Source: Enoplolaimus lenunculus
Lineage: Eukaryota
Direction of reading: 5' to 3'
Length of the DNA: 64,000 nucleotides
NCBI GenBank assembly: GCA_030248215.1
Contig: JASANG010001402.1
Coordinates: 186,001 to 250,000, forward strand
Below, in pieces: positions 39,982-53,084 of this stretch. The notes below the pieces were generated by a model. The model was not told where the DNA came from, made no database searches, and saw only the letters and a list, made by a program, of their open reading frames with translations. Each line of letters starts with the position of its first letter. The stretch's first letter is position 1. The position numbers and the translations under genes are program-made.

Positions 39982-41391
39982 CTGATGAGCATCAAGTTAT
40001 TTCATCATGGCCCCAGTTTTTCCAGTATTCAGGATAAAATGCTATTTCAAAGTTACAAGCTTACAAAAATAATACTTAGTGTAGGATTAAGAAATCTGTT
40101 TGAAACCAGGGCCATAACAAGCGAGAAACAACGGTAAATCTGGCAAATATGGTAAAAAGTGTTATAATTTAAATATATCAATTAAAGATTTTTGTGCAAT
40201 TTTTAGAAGTTCTCATACATATTGCATACTATGTAGGATAGCGATTCCCATTCTAGTTTTCAGGCAAAAATATTGCAATATAACATTTTTTCAAAACTGC
40301 AGATGCAATGCACAGTTCAGCCGCTCCTGCAGCCAGAGGGGCCGAGGGGATGTTCAGTCCTTCCCTCTGCCAAATTTTGGCTTCAAAATCGTCAACTTTG
40401 CTTGTAAGACGTCGGAAACCCTTGTATGACTTTTCTGAAAATTTTTTGCTTGCCCTTCTAGCATGATGAGCTGGCTACGGGCGCTAATTTATCGCACAGA
40501 GTCGGAATTTTATAAGCCTAAATGAAAACTCTCAGTCATCTCAATAGGTTTCTTTGAACTTAACCAAACAACAACATTTCTAAGAATGTCGAGTTTACTC
40601 AGTTGAAGTTTCGCAAAATCTTGAGTTACTGAGCTATTTCAAGCCTTTGATTTATACTTGCAAGCGTTTGCTTCAATTCGTTCATTGGAAAGGTTGATGT
40701 GGCTTCTGATGACAATCAAGTGTTTTTCATGCCTAAATTTGAATTTTTGAAAAATGTAATTTTTTCCACATTCTTTTGAAGGGTAATACCTCAAAAACTT
40801 ATTTTAGCGAAACGAAAATTAGTGCACCTTGTTTTCCCAACCTATAAAGACACAAAACACCCAGTAAAGTATCGTTAGGGTAGCGCTATTCTTTTAATTA
40901 CGTCCGACGCCGTCCATCACCGTGCGTTACGGTGTGGCATCGTAAAGAGAATTACTACGATACCGTATGGTGATGGACGATGCCGGACGACAAGTATTGC
41001 GCAACTCTAAGTAATTTCAGTGACGGAGCAGGCTACGGTGGGACGCTTCCAAAATTCGGCCCATGTAAAGATCAGGGGCAGAAAGCTTAAGCTTTAGACT
41101 GATTTTTAGCTTGGCTTAGGCTTAGGCTTAGGAATATGCTCATTCTTACGTTTAGGTTTTGGCTTCGGAAATATTTCTCAAATTTCTTGTTTACAATTTT
41201 CTTAGGCCCTTCTTTGGGGTGGGGCCCCTCCAAATGGAGGTACGGGGGGGGGTGGCTGGTTCGGCCGTGAGTGTTTTAAAAACGCTCGCTGCAAATTATA
41301 AAATTCAAAACTAAAACTCGCAATATGTTCAATATTTCAAAATTTTAAAAAATTTAAAGTGTAAATATTAAACCGAAACCATTGCTCAAGA

Positions 41392-43302
41392 ATGTTCTCA
41401 TCAGATACGCCTGATACAGCTTCAAATACCGCGTCTGTGTCACTTAGCAACAGCCAAATATCAACCAAGTGTGATCATGAGACTTGTGGGATTAGCGAAT
41501 CCCTTGGCGATGTTGAAGAAGAGCTGGAAAGCCGGGCTGAGTACTGGAACAGATGGACGTCCCTGTTTGTCGTTTACGTCCTCAATTTTATTGTAATGGT
41601 ACAATTCTTCCTGTATTTTACTTCGCTTTGGCCGTATCTGCTTGAAATTGACCCGTATGCAAGCGAAGATTTTTTCGGCTTAATTGTGATGAGCTTTAAT
41701 CTTGCGAGCACAATTTCAGCACCGCTGTTCGGCGCATGGTCAAATTGGATCGAACAGACTCGGCTGCCCATTGTTGCTGGAATCGTTGCAACGATGCTGG
41801 GAAACGTTGTGCTCGCATTTGTTGAAGCTGCGCCTCCAAACGCAAGACGATGGGTTATGCTGGTCGCTCGAGCGATCTCTGGTTTTGGTATAGGCAACAT
41901 GGGTGCGTTGTATGCGTATACCGCGATGGCATCGAAACTGAAGGAACGCAACAAAGCAATGGCGTTCAGATCAGCAAGTGCCGTCCTCGGACTAGCCATA
42001 GGTCCTGCGATTACAATTCTGTTCGTTCCACTTGGGTATCCGGCGTATTCGTACGGTCCATTCCATTTCAACATGTACTCAGCACCCGCATATTTAAATA
42101 TACTGCTTGCTTGGGTCCAAATCGTGTTAATGTACACGGTATTTCAAGAATGCTGGATTTCAGTTGACCAACGAGAGCTGAACTCAAACACCCGGAGTCA
42201 CTCTCAACTCGGCCGAGTTTCCGTCAAATCAGCGGCCCAAAACGACCGAAATAGTTTCAGCGAAAATCAACAACTTCTCGGCGAAGCGGACGCAGCAAAT
42301 CAAATTGCGGTTTCAGTGAATTCATTAACCGCTTCGTATGGGAGCACAGAGTTGTGTCGGGATCAAAGGCGTGCGGAAGACGTTTCGTCAAAGAATATAG
42401 CACCACTCAAAGATTACGATATGATCGCTGTTTGCGTACTGGTATGTGTTCGATTTATTCTACAATTTTGTTACACGTTTGACGTAACAGTTGGTTCACC
42501 GTTTACCATGGTTATGTTCGGCTGGTCCACATCAGAAGCGGTCATCAATAACGGACTGATTTCGCTGGGCAGTGGCGGATTCGAGATGTTTTGTGTTTTA
42601 TTTACTGGGATTTATTTGATGGATCGCATCCAAGAACGCACACTTATCATCGCAGGAATAATGGCGTTTATGTTGTATTTTTTGCTTACATTTTCGTGGC
42701 CTTGGCTGCCGCCGCTCCTGCCGTTTGAAGGTCAGAATGATACGTTGTCGGGTAACAACACCGCTGTGGCTTATGATCAAATTTCGAACTTATCAACGCT
42801 TTCAACTACAATAAATCCGATTGGCAGCAACGGTTCAACGCGCAGTGCGCTGAATATCACAAGTTCTCAAGATGGATCATCATTTTCTCAAGTAACCTAT
42901 TCATGTCGCTACGACTGGTGTTCGTCTACTACACGGATCGGATTGCCAGAGTACGTCATAGCATACATGTGCATGACAGTTGCGTTTTCAGTCGGGTACA
43001 TGCCAAACACTGTGTTGTTTTCGAAAGTGGTTGGTCCACGGAAGCAAGGTTTACTCCAAGGAGTGTTTGCTACTGCAGGCCAGGGCGCAATGACAATTAG
43101 TCCATTAGCCGTGAGTTCACTGTTTGAATATCAAGGACCGAGGCTTACCTGGGGGACAGGATCGGTGGTACTGTCGATCGGCATAGTTGTAGTGGTTGTG
43201 GTGTGGAAACGGCTGGTCCCGTGGTCTGATGATGACCAGGTGGACTACGGTAAACAACAAAGTAGTCGAGATTATCGTCGACTTACAGAAACTAAAGTTT
43301 GA
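41392..43302 (+). CDS. MFS transporter, MFSD8/CLN7-like, intronless, 636 aa
   Basis: Uninterrupted ORF with about 12 hydrophobic segments. Motifs TSLWPYL, APLFGAWSN, ARAISGFGIG, FNMYSAPAY, C...WC in a luminal loop, and FSKVVGPRKQGLLQG are characteristic of the MFSD8 family. Confidence 0.92.
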   Translation: MFSSDTPDTASNTASVSLSNSQISTKCDHETCGISESLGDVEEELESRAEYWNRWTSLFVVYVLNFIVMVQFFLYFTSLWPYLLEIDPYASEDFFGLIVMSFNLASTISAPLFGAWSNWIEQTRLPIVAGIVATMLGNVVLAFVEAAPPNARRWVMLVARAISGFGIGNMGALYAYTAMASKLKERNKAMAFRSASAVLGLAIGPAITILFVPLGYPAYSYGPFHFNMYSAPAYLNILLAWVQIVLMYTVFQECWISVDQRELNSNTRSHSQLGRVSVKSAAQNDRNSFSENQQLLGEADAANQIAVSVNSLTASYGSTELCRDQRRAEDVSSKNIAPLKDYDMIAVCVLVCVRFILQFCYTFDVTVGSPFTMVMFGWSTSEAVINNGLISLGSGGFEMFCVLFTGIYLMDRIQERTLIIAGIMAFMLYFLLTFSWPWLPPLLPFEGQNDTLSGNNTAVAYDQISNLSTLSTTINPIGSNGSTRSALNITSSQDGSSFSQVTYSCRYDWCSSTTRIGLPEYVIAYMCMTVAFSVGYMPNTVLFSKVVGPRKQGLLQGVFATAGQGAMTISPLAVSSLFEYQGPRLTWGTGSVVLSIGIVVVVVVWKRLVPWSDDDQVDYGKQQSSRDYRRLTETKV

Positions 43303-44753
43303 CCTTATTTGATTGATTGCGCGTAAGACTGAGAAGATGTGGAATTTTTTTTGCTAAATTCTGAATTATAAAAAATGTTCATTGATCTTGAAAAGTAAAA
43401 AGCTGAATTTGAAATTGTAAATCTTTAATTGGTGAAAACAAATTGCGAACAAATTTTGTGGCCAAAGATTGGCCAAAAGTAAAGGTGGCCTCGAGTTGTC
43501 ACAGTCAAAATGATGCCTGGAAAGCAAGAAATCTGTGGCTGGGCCGTTACAGTAGTATAAGCATATTCTTAAACCTGAGCTTAAGCCCACGCGTACGAAT
43601 GACTTTATGCCATAGCCCAAGCTTAAAGCCTAAGCCAGAGCAGAGAAATAGCCTAAAGCTCAAGCTTACTTATTATAGTCACGCAGAAAGATATTTCGCC
43701 TCTGATATTTACATGGGCCTGACTAAGTAACATTAATTTATTTGCACACGAGAAATTTAATAAGTTTCACCAAGAGTGGATTTGTCCACCTTGCAGAAGA
43801 GTGTGCAACTGCTTGGGCTGTGCATGGTACTAAATGTACCAGCACGCGTTGCATTTTTGTTCGACCCCCCTCAATCAGGAAGGGTTTAAGCAAGAGATTA
43901 ACATAGTATGCTTCAGTACACCTACCCCCCATTTAAGGGGGGGGTCAACTATGTTGTTTAATCACACTTACTACAATATAAAACTGTATACAGACCCCCC
44001 TAAACAAGGGGGATAGGCCAAAAACGTAACGCGTGCCGGGTACATTCTTTAATACACAGAACGTACTCAGTTGCACACTCTTGTTATAAAGAGTGATCAT
44101 CCACTCTTGGTTTCACCAAGAGTCGATAATAAGAGTGTATCGACTCTTGGTTTCACTAATTTAAGACCGTAAATTTGTTAGCTTTTGTAGATAACTTATC
44201 TCAAAACAAGACAGCCTTGTATTTATACACAAGATAATTTCTGTATAAGAACAAGACACGCTTCAACATACACTGCAAAAAATGGTGAGTCAAATTGACT
44301 CTCTCCTAAAAACACTCTGTGTACCTTATGCTATGGAAGGAAAAATTGTAAGATACGGTGTGATATTTGGACGCAATCCAGTGTTCAATTTAAACTCATT
44401 ATCCGACTTCGGCCCCGTCAGTTTTTGGTATCCGGTTCGCACTCTTTTGGAAACATAGCAAGATTTCGACAACAAAACTGGTATACGTGGAATGATCAGC
44501 TTAGAGAAATTTAATACTTGGAAAATCATAAAAAAATTCAAAGTTGTCAAGAAATTATGCTCGTGTGTGGCCTTTCTGCAGGCGTAATTTTCAAAAAATT
44601 CAGTGATTTTAGCTTTGTTTACAAATTAACTGCATGGTTGGCTATTTTTACCAGTGTTTTCAAAGAGTTTTTGAGTTTATGTTTACAAAACAGAGCACTA
44701 ATTCTCAAATTTTGAAGTGTTTCACACTTTTTTATTTACTGCTTCAAAGCAAT

Positions 44754-45029
44754 TTAACCCTTTCTCACATGAATATTTTCTATTTCCCCTGAGACCTACT
44801 TTTATGCTAGGATTCGAACTCGAGTGACTGGAGTGGGAGGCGTATACCATCACCAATCAGCTATAGGAGCTTGACGGTCGTCGAGCCCGAAGGGGCTCTC
44901 GACACGTCTTGTGGTGAGTTAGTACTATGTATACGTGTTGCAATTGTTATCACGGTACGATATATACTATTTAACGTATATACACTGCGCTGAGTTGCCT
45001 ACAGACAACTCAATGTGAGAAGGGGTTAA
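44754..45029. mobile_element. piggyBac-type MITE carrying a tRNA-like cassette
   Basis: TTAA-CCCTTTCTCACAT ... ATGTGAGAAGGGG-TTAA. Near-identical copy at 57822-58092. Confidence 0.85.
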
Positions 45030-46117
45030 AGTTGCCGATAAGTAAACTGTGTAGGAAACGCTTAAAGATTATTTCACTTTAAAGTGGTAATTTTTTATTT
45101 TGCTTCTTAATGTCGTGAGAAATTTCACTGTTCTTTAATAAAATGTTGTGGAATTTCGGATGTTGTCAATAAAGGCTTCTGTATAATTCCTGATTGCCTG
45201 GTTGTGTCCAGTTTGAAATCTCAGATGCAGCCTTTTCAGTGGCAGATCCAGTTTGTTGTGTTACGAGGTATTCCGTCCATCATCCCTGCGCTGCTAAATA
45301 TTTTATATTGCAAATAGCTCATCTCGAGCCCACAATGCGCTTTCTAGACAAATATGTGAAAAATGTGACGAAATCACAACAAAGATTCAATCCTTCTTAT
45401 ATGCCTTTGACCGAAATAGTCAATATTACAGTATTTATTATTTTGCTTAAACTGTGGCTTAAAACTGTAAAATATCTGAACACAAAGTTTCATCCCACAC
45501 CGGAAAACGCCACATCCGTCATCGAACCTTTTACTAAGGGCGTAACACAGTTGTCTAACAGGGGTTGGAGTTTCTGCTAAGATACATATTTTTCAAATGG
45601 GCTAATGTAGAGAACAGGACCGTAACAGTAGTATAAGCATATTCCTAAGCGCTAAGCCCAAGCTTAAGTTGAAAATGCCGGTATACCTTAGTTAAAACCT
45701 AAGCAGTAAATCGTTTAAAGCTCAAGCTTACTTTATTCCAGACCCGCAAAAAACGTTTCGCCCCTGATCTTTACATGGGCCTTCAAACGAATGCAACATC
45801 TATTAACAGCTAGTGATAGGCCTCGTCACATTCAAACCAATAACTGTTAACCGTTGAAATAAAACCAGGTCAGCGTCATGACCGTCGAAAAAGATCAAAG
45901 CGGAAGGGCACGCTACAAACATCTTTGCCCTCGCCGTTCCTGGGTAGAAAAGTTTTACTGCCGCAATGACAGATTTTAGGTTTAGAAAATTCATTATCCT
46001 CAGCTTCAGCTTAAAAACTTTTATCAGTTGATTTGTTTTTATATTAATTCTTTGTGATTTAAACCCGACTAAACTTATAGTTGACCGTGAGTGTCAGACA
46101 CCAAAACGCAGGCCAAT

Positions 46118-47890
46118 ATGACTCTGGATGGTTGCGACAATCTGCCAGAAGACAGTTCCGATCAACAACAGCGGGAGCCTCTATCAAATATCACCAGCTT
46201 TCAAGAAGAGTACGAGACGTCAGCTGAGTTCTGGCACAGATGGACATCTCTGATTGTCGTGTACATCCTCAATTGTATTGTAATGATTCAAGTTTTCTTA
46301 TATTTCACGTCTCTTTGGCCGTATCTGCTTGAAATTGACCCATATGCAAGCGAAGATTTTTTCGGCTTAATTGTGATGAGCTTTAATCTTGCGAGCACAA
46401 TTTCAGCACCGCTGTTCGGTGCATGGTCAAATTGGATCGAACAGACTCGGGTGCCCATTGTTGCTGGAATCGCTGCAACGATGCTGGGAAACGTTGTGCT
46501 CGCATTTGTTGAAGCTGCGCCTCCAAACGCAAGACGATGGGTTATGCTGGTAGCTCGAGCGATCTCTGGTTTCGGGTTAGGAAATATAGGCGCATTGTAT
46601 GCCTACACAGCCATGGCATCAAAACTGAGCGAACGCAACAAAGCAATGGCATTTCGATCGGCAAGCGGGGTTCTTGGAGTTTCCCTTGGACCCGCTATTC
46701 AAATTCTGTTTCTTCCTATCGGATATCCGGCTTTCATCTATGGTCCATTTCATTTCAATATGTATTCAGCACCGGCGTACGCAAATATATTCCTTGGAGC
46801 GGTTCAAATTGTACTTATGTATACTGTCTTTCGTGAACGTTGGGTATCCGTGGATAAAAGTGAAATACGACAGGGTACAAAACACAACGGAACAATCACA
46901 ACAAACGGCAAAATCGCGAAAAAGGACATGTGGAACTCAACTCAGAAAGCCTTGGAAAAAATTGACTCAGAACGCAACTGTCAGTCGGAACTTCTCAACT
47001 CAATCGATCTGCCACAAGCGAACTTCGAGCATTCAGCGGGGAGTAAGTTGAACGAATCGTTGAGCAAAACTGAATCTCGAAACCAACTAAAAGATTACGA
47101 CATGGTAGCGGTTTGGGTGCTGACAAGCGTTAGATTTATACTGCAATTTTGTTACACTTACGATGTTACCATTGGATCTCCATTTACCATGGTTATGTTT
47201 CATTGGTCGGCTTCAGAAGCGGTTCGATACAACGGGTATATTTCGTTAGGCAGCGGTTGTTTAGAGATAATCGGCGTTCTATTTGCCGGTATATATCTGA
47301 TGAACCGAATTCGAGAACGAGTCCTGATCATAATTGGAATCATTGCATTTCAAACGTATTATTTGCTCACGTTTTCGTGGCCTTGGTTACCATCGCTGAT
47401 GACTTACCACTGGCAAAATGATTTCTCATTAAATTCAACATTCAATACTCCTGGAGATAATGTATCACAAGATGGATCATCATTTAATATGACGTCATGT
47501 CACTATGTATGGTGTGAGTATACAAGTCGAGTTGGTCTGGCTGAATATATCGTGGGTTACGCGTGCGTTACAATTGCGTTTGCAGTCGGTTATATGCCGA
47601 ATGCAGTGTTATTCTCAAAAGTGGTTGGACCACGTAAACAAGGATTCCTTCAGGGTGTGTTCGCTGCAACTGGGCAAGGTGCGATGACTATAAGTCCCAT
47701 AATGGTCAGTTTGCTATTTCAGTATCAAGGACCAAAAATAACTTGGTCCGTTGGCACGGGATTCTTGATGTTTGGTGTTATTTTAGTGGCTGCGACGTGG
47801 AACCGTCTTGTTCCGTGGTCAGAAGTGGATCAAAAATCAAGGAATACTAAACATTTGCATATTCTTGAAAAAGAGTCGGATGTGTTATAG
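46118..47890 (+). CDS. MFS transporter, MFSD8/CLN7-like paralogue, intronless, about 590 aa
   Basis: Colinear paralogue of 41392-43302. First ATG is at 46118; the ORF-track GTG start at 46091 is unlikely in a eukaryote. A TTATAG acceptor ends at 46080. Confidence 0.92.
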   Translation: MTLDGCDNLPEDSSDQQQREPLSNITSFQEEYETSAEFWHRWTSLIVVYILNCIVMIQVFLYFTSLWPYLLEIDPYASEDFFGLIVMSFNLASTISAPLFGAWSNWIEQTRVPIVAGIAATMLGNVVLAFVEAAPPNARRWVMLVARAISGFGLGNIGALYAYTAMASKLSERNKAMAFRSASGVLGVSLGPAIQILFLPIGYPAFIYGPFHFNMYSAPAYANIFLGAVQIVLMYTVFRERWVSVDKSEIRQGTKHNGTITTNGKIAKKDMWNSTQKALEKIDSERNCQSELLNSIDLPQANFEHSAGSKLNESLSKTESRNQLKDYDMVAVWVLTSVRFILQFCYTYDVTIGSPFTMVMFHWSASEAVRYNGYISLGSGCLEIIGVLFAGIYLMNRIRERVLIIIGIIAFQTYYLLTFSWPWLPSLMTYHWQNDFSLNSTFNTPGDNVSQDGSSFNMTSCHYVWCEYTSRVGLAEYIVGYACVTIAFAVGYMPNAVLFSKVVGPRKQGFLQGVFAATGQGAMTISPIMVSLLFQYQGPKITWSVGTGFLMFGVILVAATWNRLVPWSEVDQKSRNTKHLHILEKESDVL

Positions 47891-50595
47891 CGCTTTTTGG
47901 ACGATCAGGAAGCCGTTAAGGATGCACATTATACAATTGAGTGCAAGCGAGTAAATAAAGGGGGTCGGTGGTGGCGCACCCATTTGTTCGAACGGATGAA
48001 TTTTACTACGGTTACACCTCTCAAAGTCACATTGGCCAAGTTTCCAATAATATAAACTGTGAGCCAGACAAGTAAACTCTGTACTTTGATTCGGGCACCG
48101 TCACTCTAACGTCGATAAACATTGCCCCAAGAAACTCTGGCGAAGATTGCCTAACAAACCTACTTGTTACAGAAGTTTCACTACCGCACATCCATCGTCC
48201 CTTATTACTGTTTTAAAAAGGCTAGCTATACTGTTATTGCGAAACTGTGTACGGACATTTTGGCTCTAAATAAAAAATGTCCGCATAGAGTTTATTGCAT
48301 TGCGGGATTTTCGCAATATGTTTATATTAAATATAGAGTTGCGCGAACAGTCGCACCATAACGTTACAGTCTAAAAGTTGTCGCTGGAAAACGCTAGATA
48401 TGTAGACACTTTATCGCATTATTTTGTTGTTTTTTCATGTTATTTTTAGGACTATAGATGGGCACCGGATACCCGGATATCCGGATATTCTGAATGAAAA
48501 ATATCCGGATATGTATCCGAACTGAAACGTTTATCCGGGTCTATTGTGTAAAAAATTTTGAAATAATTTACATTGTTTCACCACTAAAGTAGCTGGAGTT
48601 GATAAAAACAAATTCTGTATTCAACCATAAGTCAAAATATTTGCATAATTATTCCATGATGATTAAAAATCTTCGTTTTTAAAACATGCCAAAATTCAAA
48701 AAACTTCAGTTTATCCTGATATTTATCGATAGAAAAAATTCGTATTTTTAAATTATATCTCAAAAGTAGCCCAGTAAAAAATTTGCGTCGAATACGCACC
48801 GTCAAGTACTAAGTATATATGGCATATTGTTTATTAAGTTTAGGCAATAAACAGCTTCGTTCATTTGATGGAATAAGATCTTTTTAATAGTCTGAGTTTT
48901 CATTTTTAGTAAAAAGCAATTAAAAAAAGTGCCAGTAAATTCGGTACGCTATACCAGTCATCCAATACAAAAAATAACGCAATTCAACTCATTTTGAACT
49001 GTTGAAAATATTACATTTTTGATTCCGCAATAGTCCATATAAGACAAGAAATGAACGTTTATATTCAAGTCGTAAAGAATTAAAATTTAACTGAAGTTAT
49101 CAAAGGAGGTTTATGAGGAGCCAAATCGGCGTTATGCTTTGATATATTAAGACTAGAGCGGGTCCTGAAAATTTGGACCAATATTACTTTTAAAAATGTA
49201 ACAATCGAAACATATTTTTAAGTTTGAAATTCTTCGGCGTAACAAACGCAAGTCTAAAACAAAGCTTAACAGTAGCACAAGCAAAACATTAGTCTAAAAT
49301 TTAAACCAACTCTATTACGGTCTAGTGAAAAAGCAGAAGAAATTTTTTGTGATAAAATGGTAAAGTCCCTCTACTTTACAATGTTTTACAATCTTTGCCG
49401 CAGAATTTTTTTGTGATAAAATGGTAAGGTCCCTACCTTACAATTTTTCGCCCTCAGAAAATCTTTTTGCACCAAATGATAACGCATATATGATTGAATA
49501 GTTGGCATAGAAACGCAGAACCTTAGGTTAAATTTGATATTTTTACATTTTATTTTAAAAAATACCAAATTAACATATCACATTTTATTCGATGGACATC
49601 GATTGTGTTTGAGTTTATAGTTTTTGTTTTAGTTCTGTGTAAAGTTTATCAGCCACCAAGTCCCCTGACCAATGTTTCTTTATCGAGCCGCCTAAACAGT
49701 AGTATAAGTATATTCTTAAACCTAAATAACCCTATGGTTGGCGCTATCTTCGCCTTATGCCTATGCCTAAGCTCAAATTAAGTCGATAACTTATGTTTTT
49801 TATTCGATTGTCTTCAAAATAAAAATCAATCAGCCGTGTATCCTATTAACACGTTTTCAGTAAATGTGACTCTGTTCATGGATGATTTAACTATGTTTGC
49901 ATGAATTAAAAATACATTACAGGGTTTCGGCATGTATCTGTTAAGACTATAGCTAAAAATTTTGCATTAGACCAATTAGCTTTGTCGTAATCTTAAAGCT
50001 TTCATCAACAAAAGTTTCAGTTGGATAACACTGTCAATCTAACTTTAAACGTTTCTGGATCCCATCTGGGTACCCATACTCAGTATCAACTAAACTTTAA
50101 AGTTTATTTTTAAATGTGAAAACACAAGCCTGAGCTTATGCCAAATTCCAAGCTTAGCTTGACATTCAGCGTAGACTAAACCTAAGCATTAGCAAAGCAC
50201 AAAAATTAGTCTGAAATCTAAGCCTACTTTATTGCAGTCGAGTGACACAATGGGGCCCATTCAAAAAGAGCAACCTGACCCCGAAACTTCAGTTGATTAA
50301 TGAAATTTCATTGCAAATTCGAGAGAGTTGATTTTAACTCAGAATGACTTGAATCGACTTTGAGCTCTAAATTAATGTCTTTCAGAAATCAAAATTCTGT
50401 TTTGATTAACCTCATTCTGAGTTAATTAATGATCTAACCCGGAATTAAATCGGCTCAGAGTAAAGTTAATATTTACTGCTATTAACTCAAAATAACCAGA
50501 AATAACTTATTCGCTCTTTGTGTTAATTAATAAACTCATCGCAATTTATACAGTGTTGTGTCAGTTTTTCAGTCCTAAATTAAAACAAATTTAAA

Positions 50596-51925
50596 ATGAA
50601 ACTTTTCACTTTAGCAATTTTAACAGGATGTTCAGTGTTCGCAACAGTATTTGCATTGGACGATTGTCCTGTAACAAAATGTACTCAAAAGTTGGAAGAA
50701 TTAAATATCGCTGTGGATCCGCCGGAAATGGAACCAATTAATATTGATAAATTTTGCACAGCTTACCGACAATTTACCGATTGCGTTGATAGTTGCCCGA
50801 ATTCTTCCTCAAAAATTCAAATCGTGCAACAGATGGGTCGAGTTGAAAATTTGATGCGTGCTGCGTGTTACGGTATGGTATTACTGTGTCAACGAACTTT
50901 TAAGCAACGAATTTGTAATTGTGTCTCGCATGCAGAAAGTCCGTAAGCCCGTATTCTCAAACGTGTGTAAGCACCAGTTACCAGTTGGTGATAGGTGATG
51001 TAACTTTTGAACCAGGGAATGGTGACGTTTGAAATTCAGCACATTTATCGCATTCGATTTACTGTACTTCTGTGAAAATATTGTGATCTGCAATTGTTGC
51101 ATTTCGTTACTTTGAAAACCTATTCCTAACTGGTGATAGGTGGTGATATATGCATTTGAGACTATGAGCCCTAAATTCAGATTGAGTGCTTCAACTCTGG
51201 ATTCTGAAGTAAAATCAACTCACTTAATGTTTAGTTTCAAGTTTTATTCTTTACAGTCACTTGTGGCTGTCCGCTTTGATTTTAAAACTTGAGCCAGGGT
51301 AATCAATAAATCATGCAACTTATACACGTTTAACATCATTAAGAGTCTACACTGCAAAAAATGGTGGGTCAAATTGACTCTCTCCGAAATAGGCTCTCCG
51401 GCACTGCACAAATTGAGTCAAATTCGACTCGCTGAGAATCTCTTCATACCAGGGTGCAACTGGAGGTGCGGTCAACAAATTTTGCGGAGCCGGAGGTGAG
51501 GCGAAATTAGGTAGTTAAAATGATGATCAATATATGTTGTTGCTAAACCTTTTGGATTACGTTTATTTTTTTACGAAATATGGCAAATTTTTTTCTGAAA
51601 ATTGTACCAAGTGTTAAAACCAAACCCGATAAACAAATAAATATTGTAAAAAAATGCAAAATTTCTCTCCATCCCAATTGCCGGAACATCCGGCAAAAAT
51701 TCTACCCGAGCCGGAGGTTAATTTTCTACCGGAACCAGAGGCAGACCTCCGGTTGTACCCTGATTGACACATAAGAGCTAGAAGCACAACATAGGCTTAG
51801 ACTAAGTAAGTATAATTTGCTTGATTTCAGATTCGTTCAAAAATGCATCGTCCAAGACTACAATGGCAAAAGAACTAACGTTAATTACCGCTGTAATTTC
51901 GTATTTAATAAAATATTTTAATTGA
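50596..51925 (+). CDS. Secreted six-cysteine protein with a GPI-anchor-like tail (CPG4/DUF19-like), 123 aa
   Basis: Exon 50596-50872 (signal peptide MKLFTLAILTGCSVFATVFA; FCTAYRQFTDCVDSCP; donor GTATGG, phase 1) and exon 51831-51925 (TTTCAG acceptor; DSFKNASSKTTMAKELTLITAVISYLIKYFN*). Confidence 0.8.
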
Positions 51926-52091
51926 GACAGTGTTTATAATCAGTAGTCAACAGTGTACAACACATCCACACCTTATAAATTCGGGGGAGAGAGAAAGGGC
52001 TCGTACCCTACTGTAGTGACCCGAATAAAAGAGGGGGAACTGATATTTATTTGGATTGTCCAGAGGGTACCCCCTGTTATTCGATTACGGA

Positions 52092-53084
52092 CAGGGTTGG
52101 TTTTTTCCGGAAAAACTGATCGACCGGAACAAAACTTTGTTGTTTTTTCCGAAAAAACGGGAAAATTGAAAATCATGTACCAATGCTTTCGCAAGCGCAA
52201 AAATGTTGGCGGATGAATTGTCTATTGAAAAAATGACATTGAGAAAATCAAATGACTATTTTATTAAGTATCAAAATTTGACAGCACATGATGATAAGCA
52301 TACTACACACACTTACAAAGCTGTGATATACTTAAAAACGTGCATATCCCAGCTAAGTCGGCAACAAACTTGCGGGGTTGAGTCCGACAAAATATCTGCA
52401 AACAGAATTTGTAGTCTTTATTGATATGTGAAAAACGAAATTATATAATCAAAAGTTAGGTTTCGAACTAAACGCGGCATATATCTGCAGTAAATGTTGC
52501 ATCAAAGAGACAGAAAAATCTCAAATAGATATAGCAATCGATACGATTAACGAAGTGTATATAATAAGAGGGGTGGAACTAGAACCCCGGTATGATAGGA
52601 AACCATTTGTATAGCATACTTTTTAGCATCTTATAACTGCTGGAGCGAGAGAAGACACAATTAATACTCACCCTGCGTCAACATCACAGGAGCCACTCTA
52701 GCTTTAGTAAAGTGCCGTTCAGTTTAGAACCTTTAAACATATGTTTTAATTGTCTTTTCAGAACTTTTCGGAAAGGGGGTGTATTCAACTGTTCCGCCTA
52801 CTGGCGGATTCAGTGCGGGGGGAACCAAGACTTTGTATTTGATGGTTTTGCATTAAAATAGCGTTTGGTTTCTGGCTCGCTTCGCTCGCGACCGCTTCAA
52901 CTATACTCTATTCGCGAGGGATTCCGCCTCTTTCCCGGTTTCTGCCGTGTTCTGTCGCTGTTATGCGAGTGATTTTACTGCGGTTATAATAAAGTGTTTT
53001 TTCTGTTTGTTTCCACCCTCGTGGAAAAAACAGAAAAAACGGGAAAACCCGGTTTTCGATGGTTTATTCTGGTGTCCAACCCTG
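52092..53084. mobile_element. hAT-like non-autonomous element, about 1 kb
   Basis: cagggttgg ... ccaaccctg with ggaaaaaac subterminal repeats. Flanks attacgga/gttacgta. Confidence 0.55.

Noticed and set aside
41574..42167. Antisense and alternate-frame ORFs over the MFS gene
   Set aside because: Shadows of the real reading frame with no recognisable motifs.
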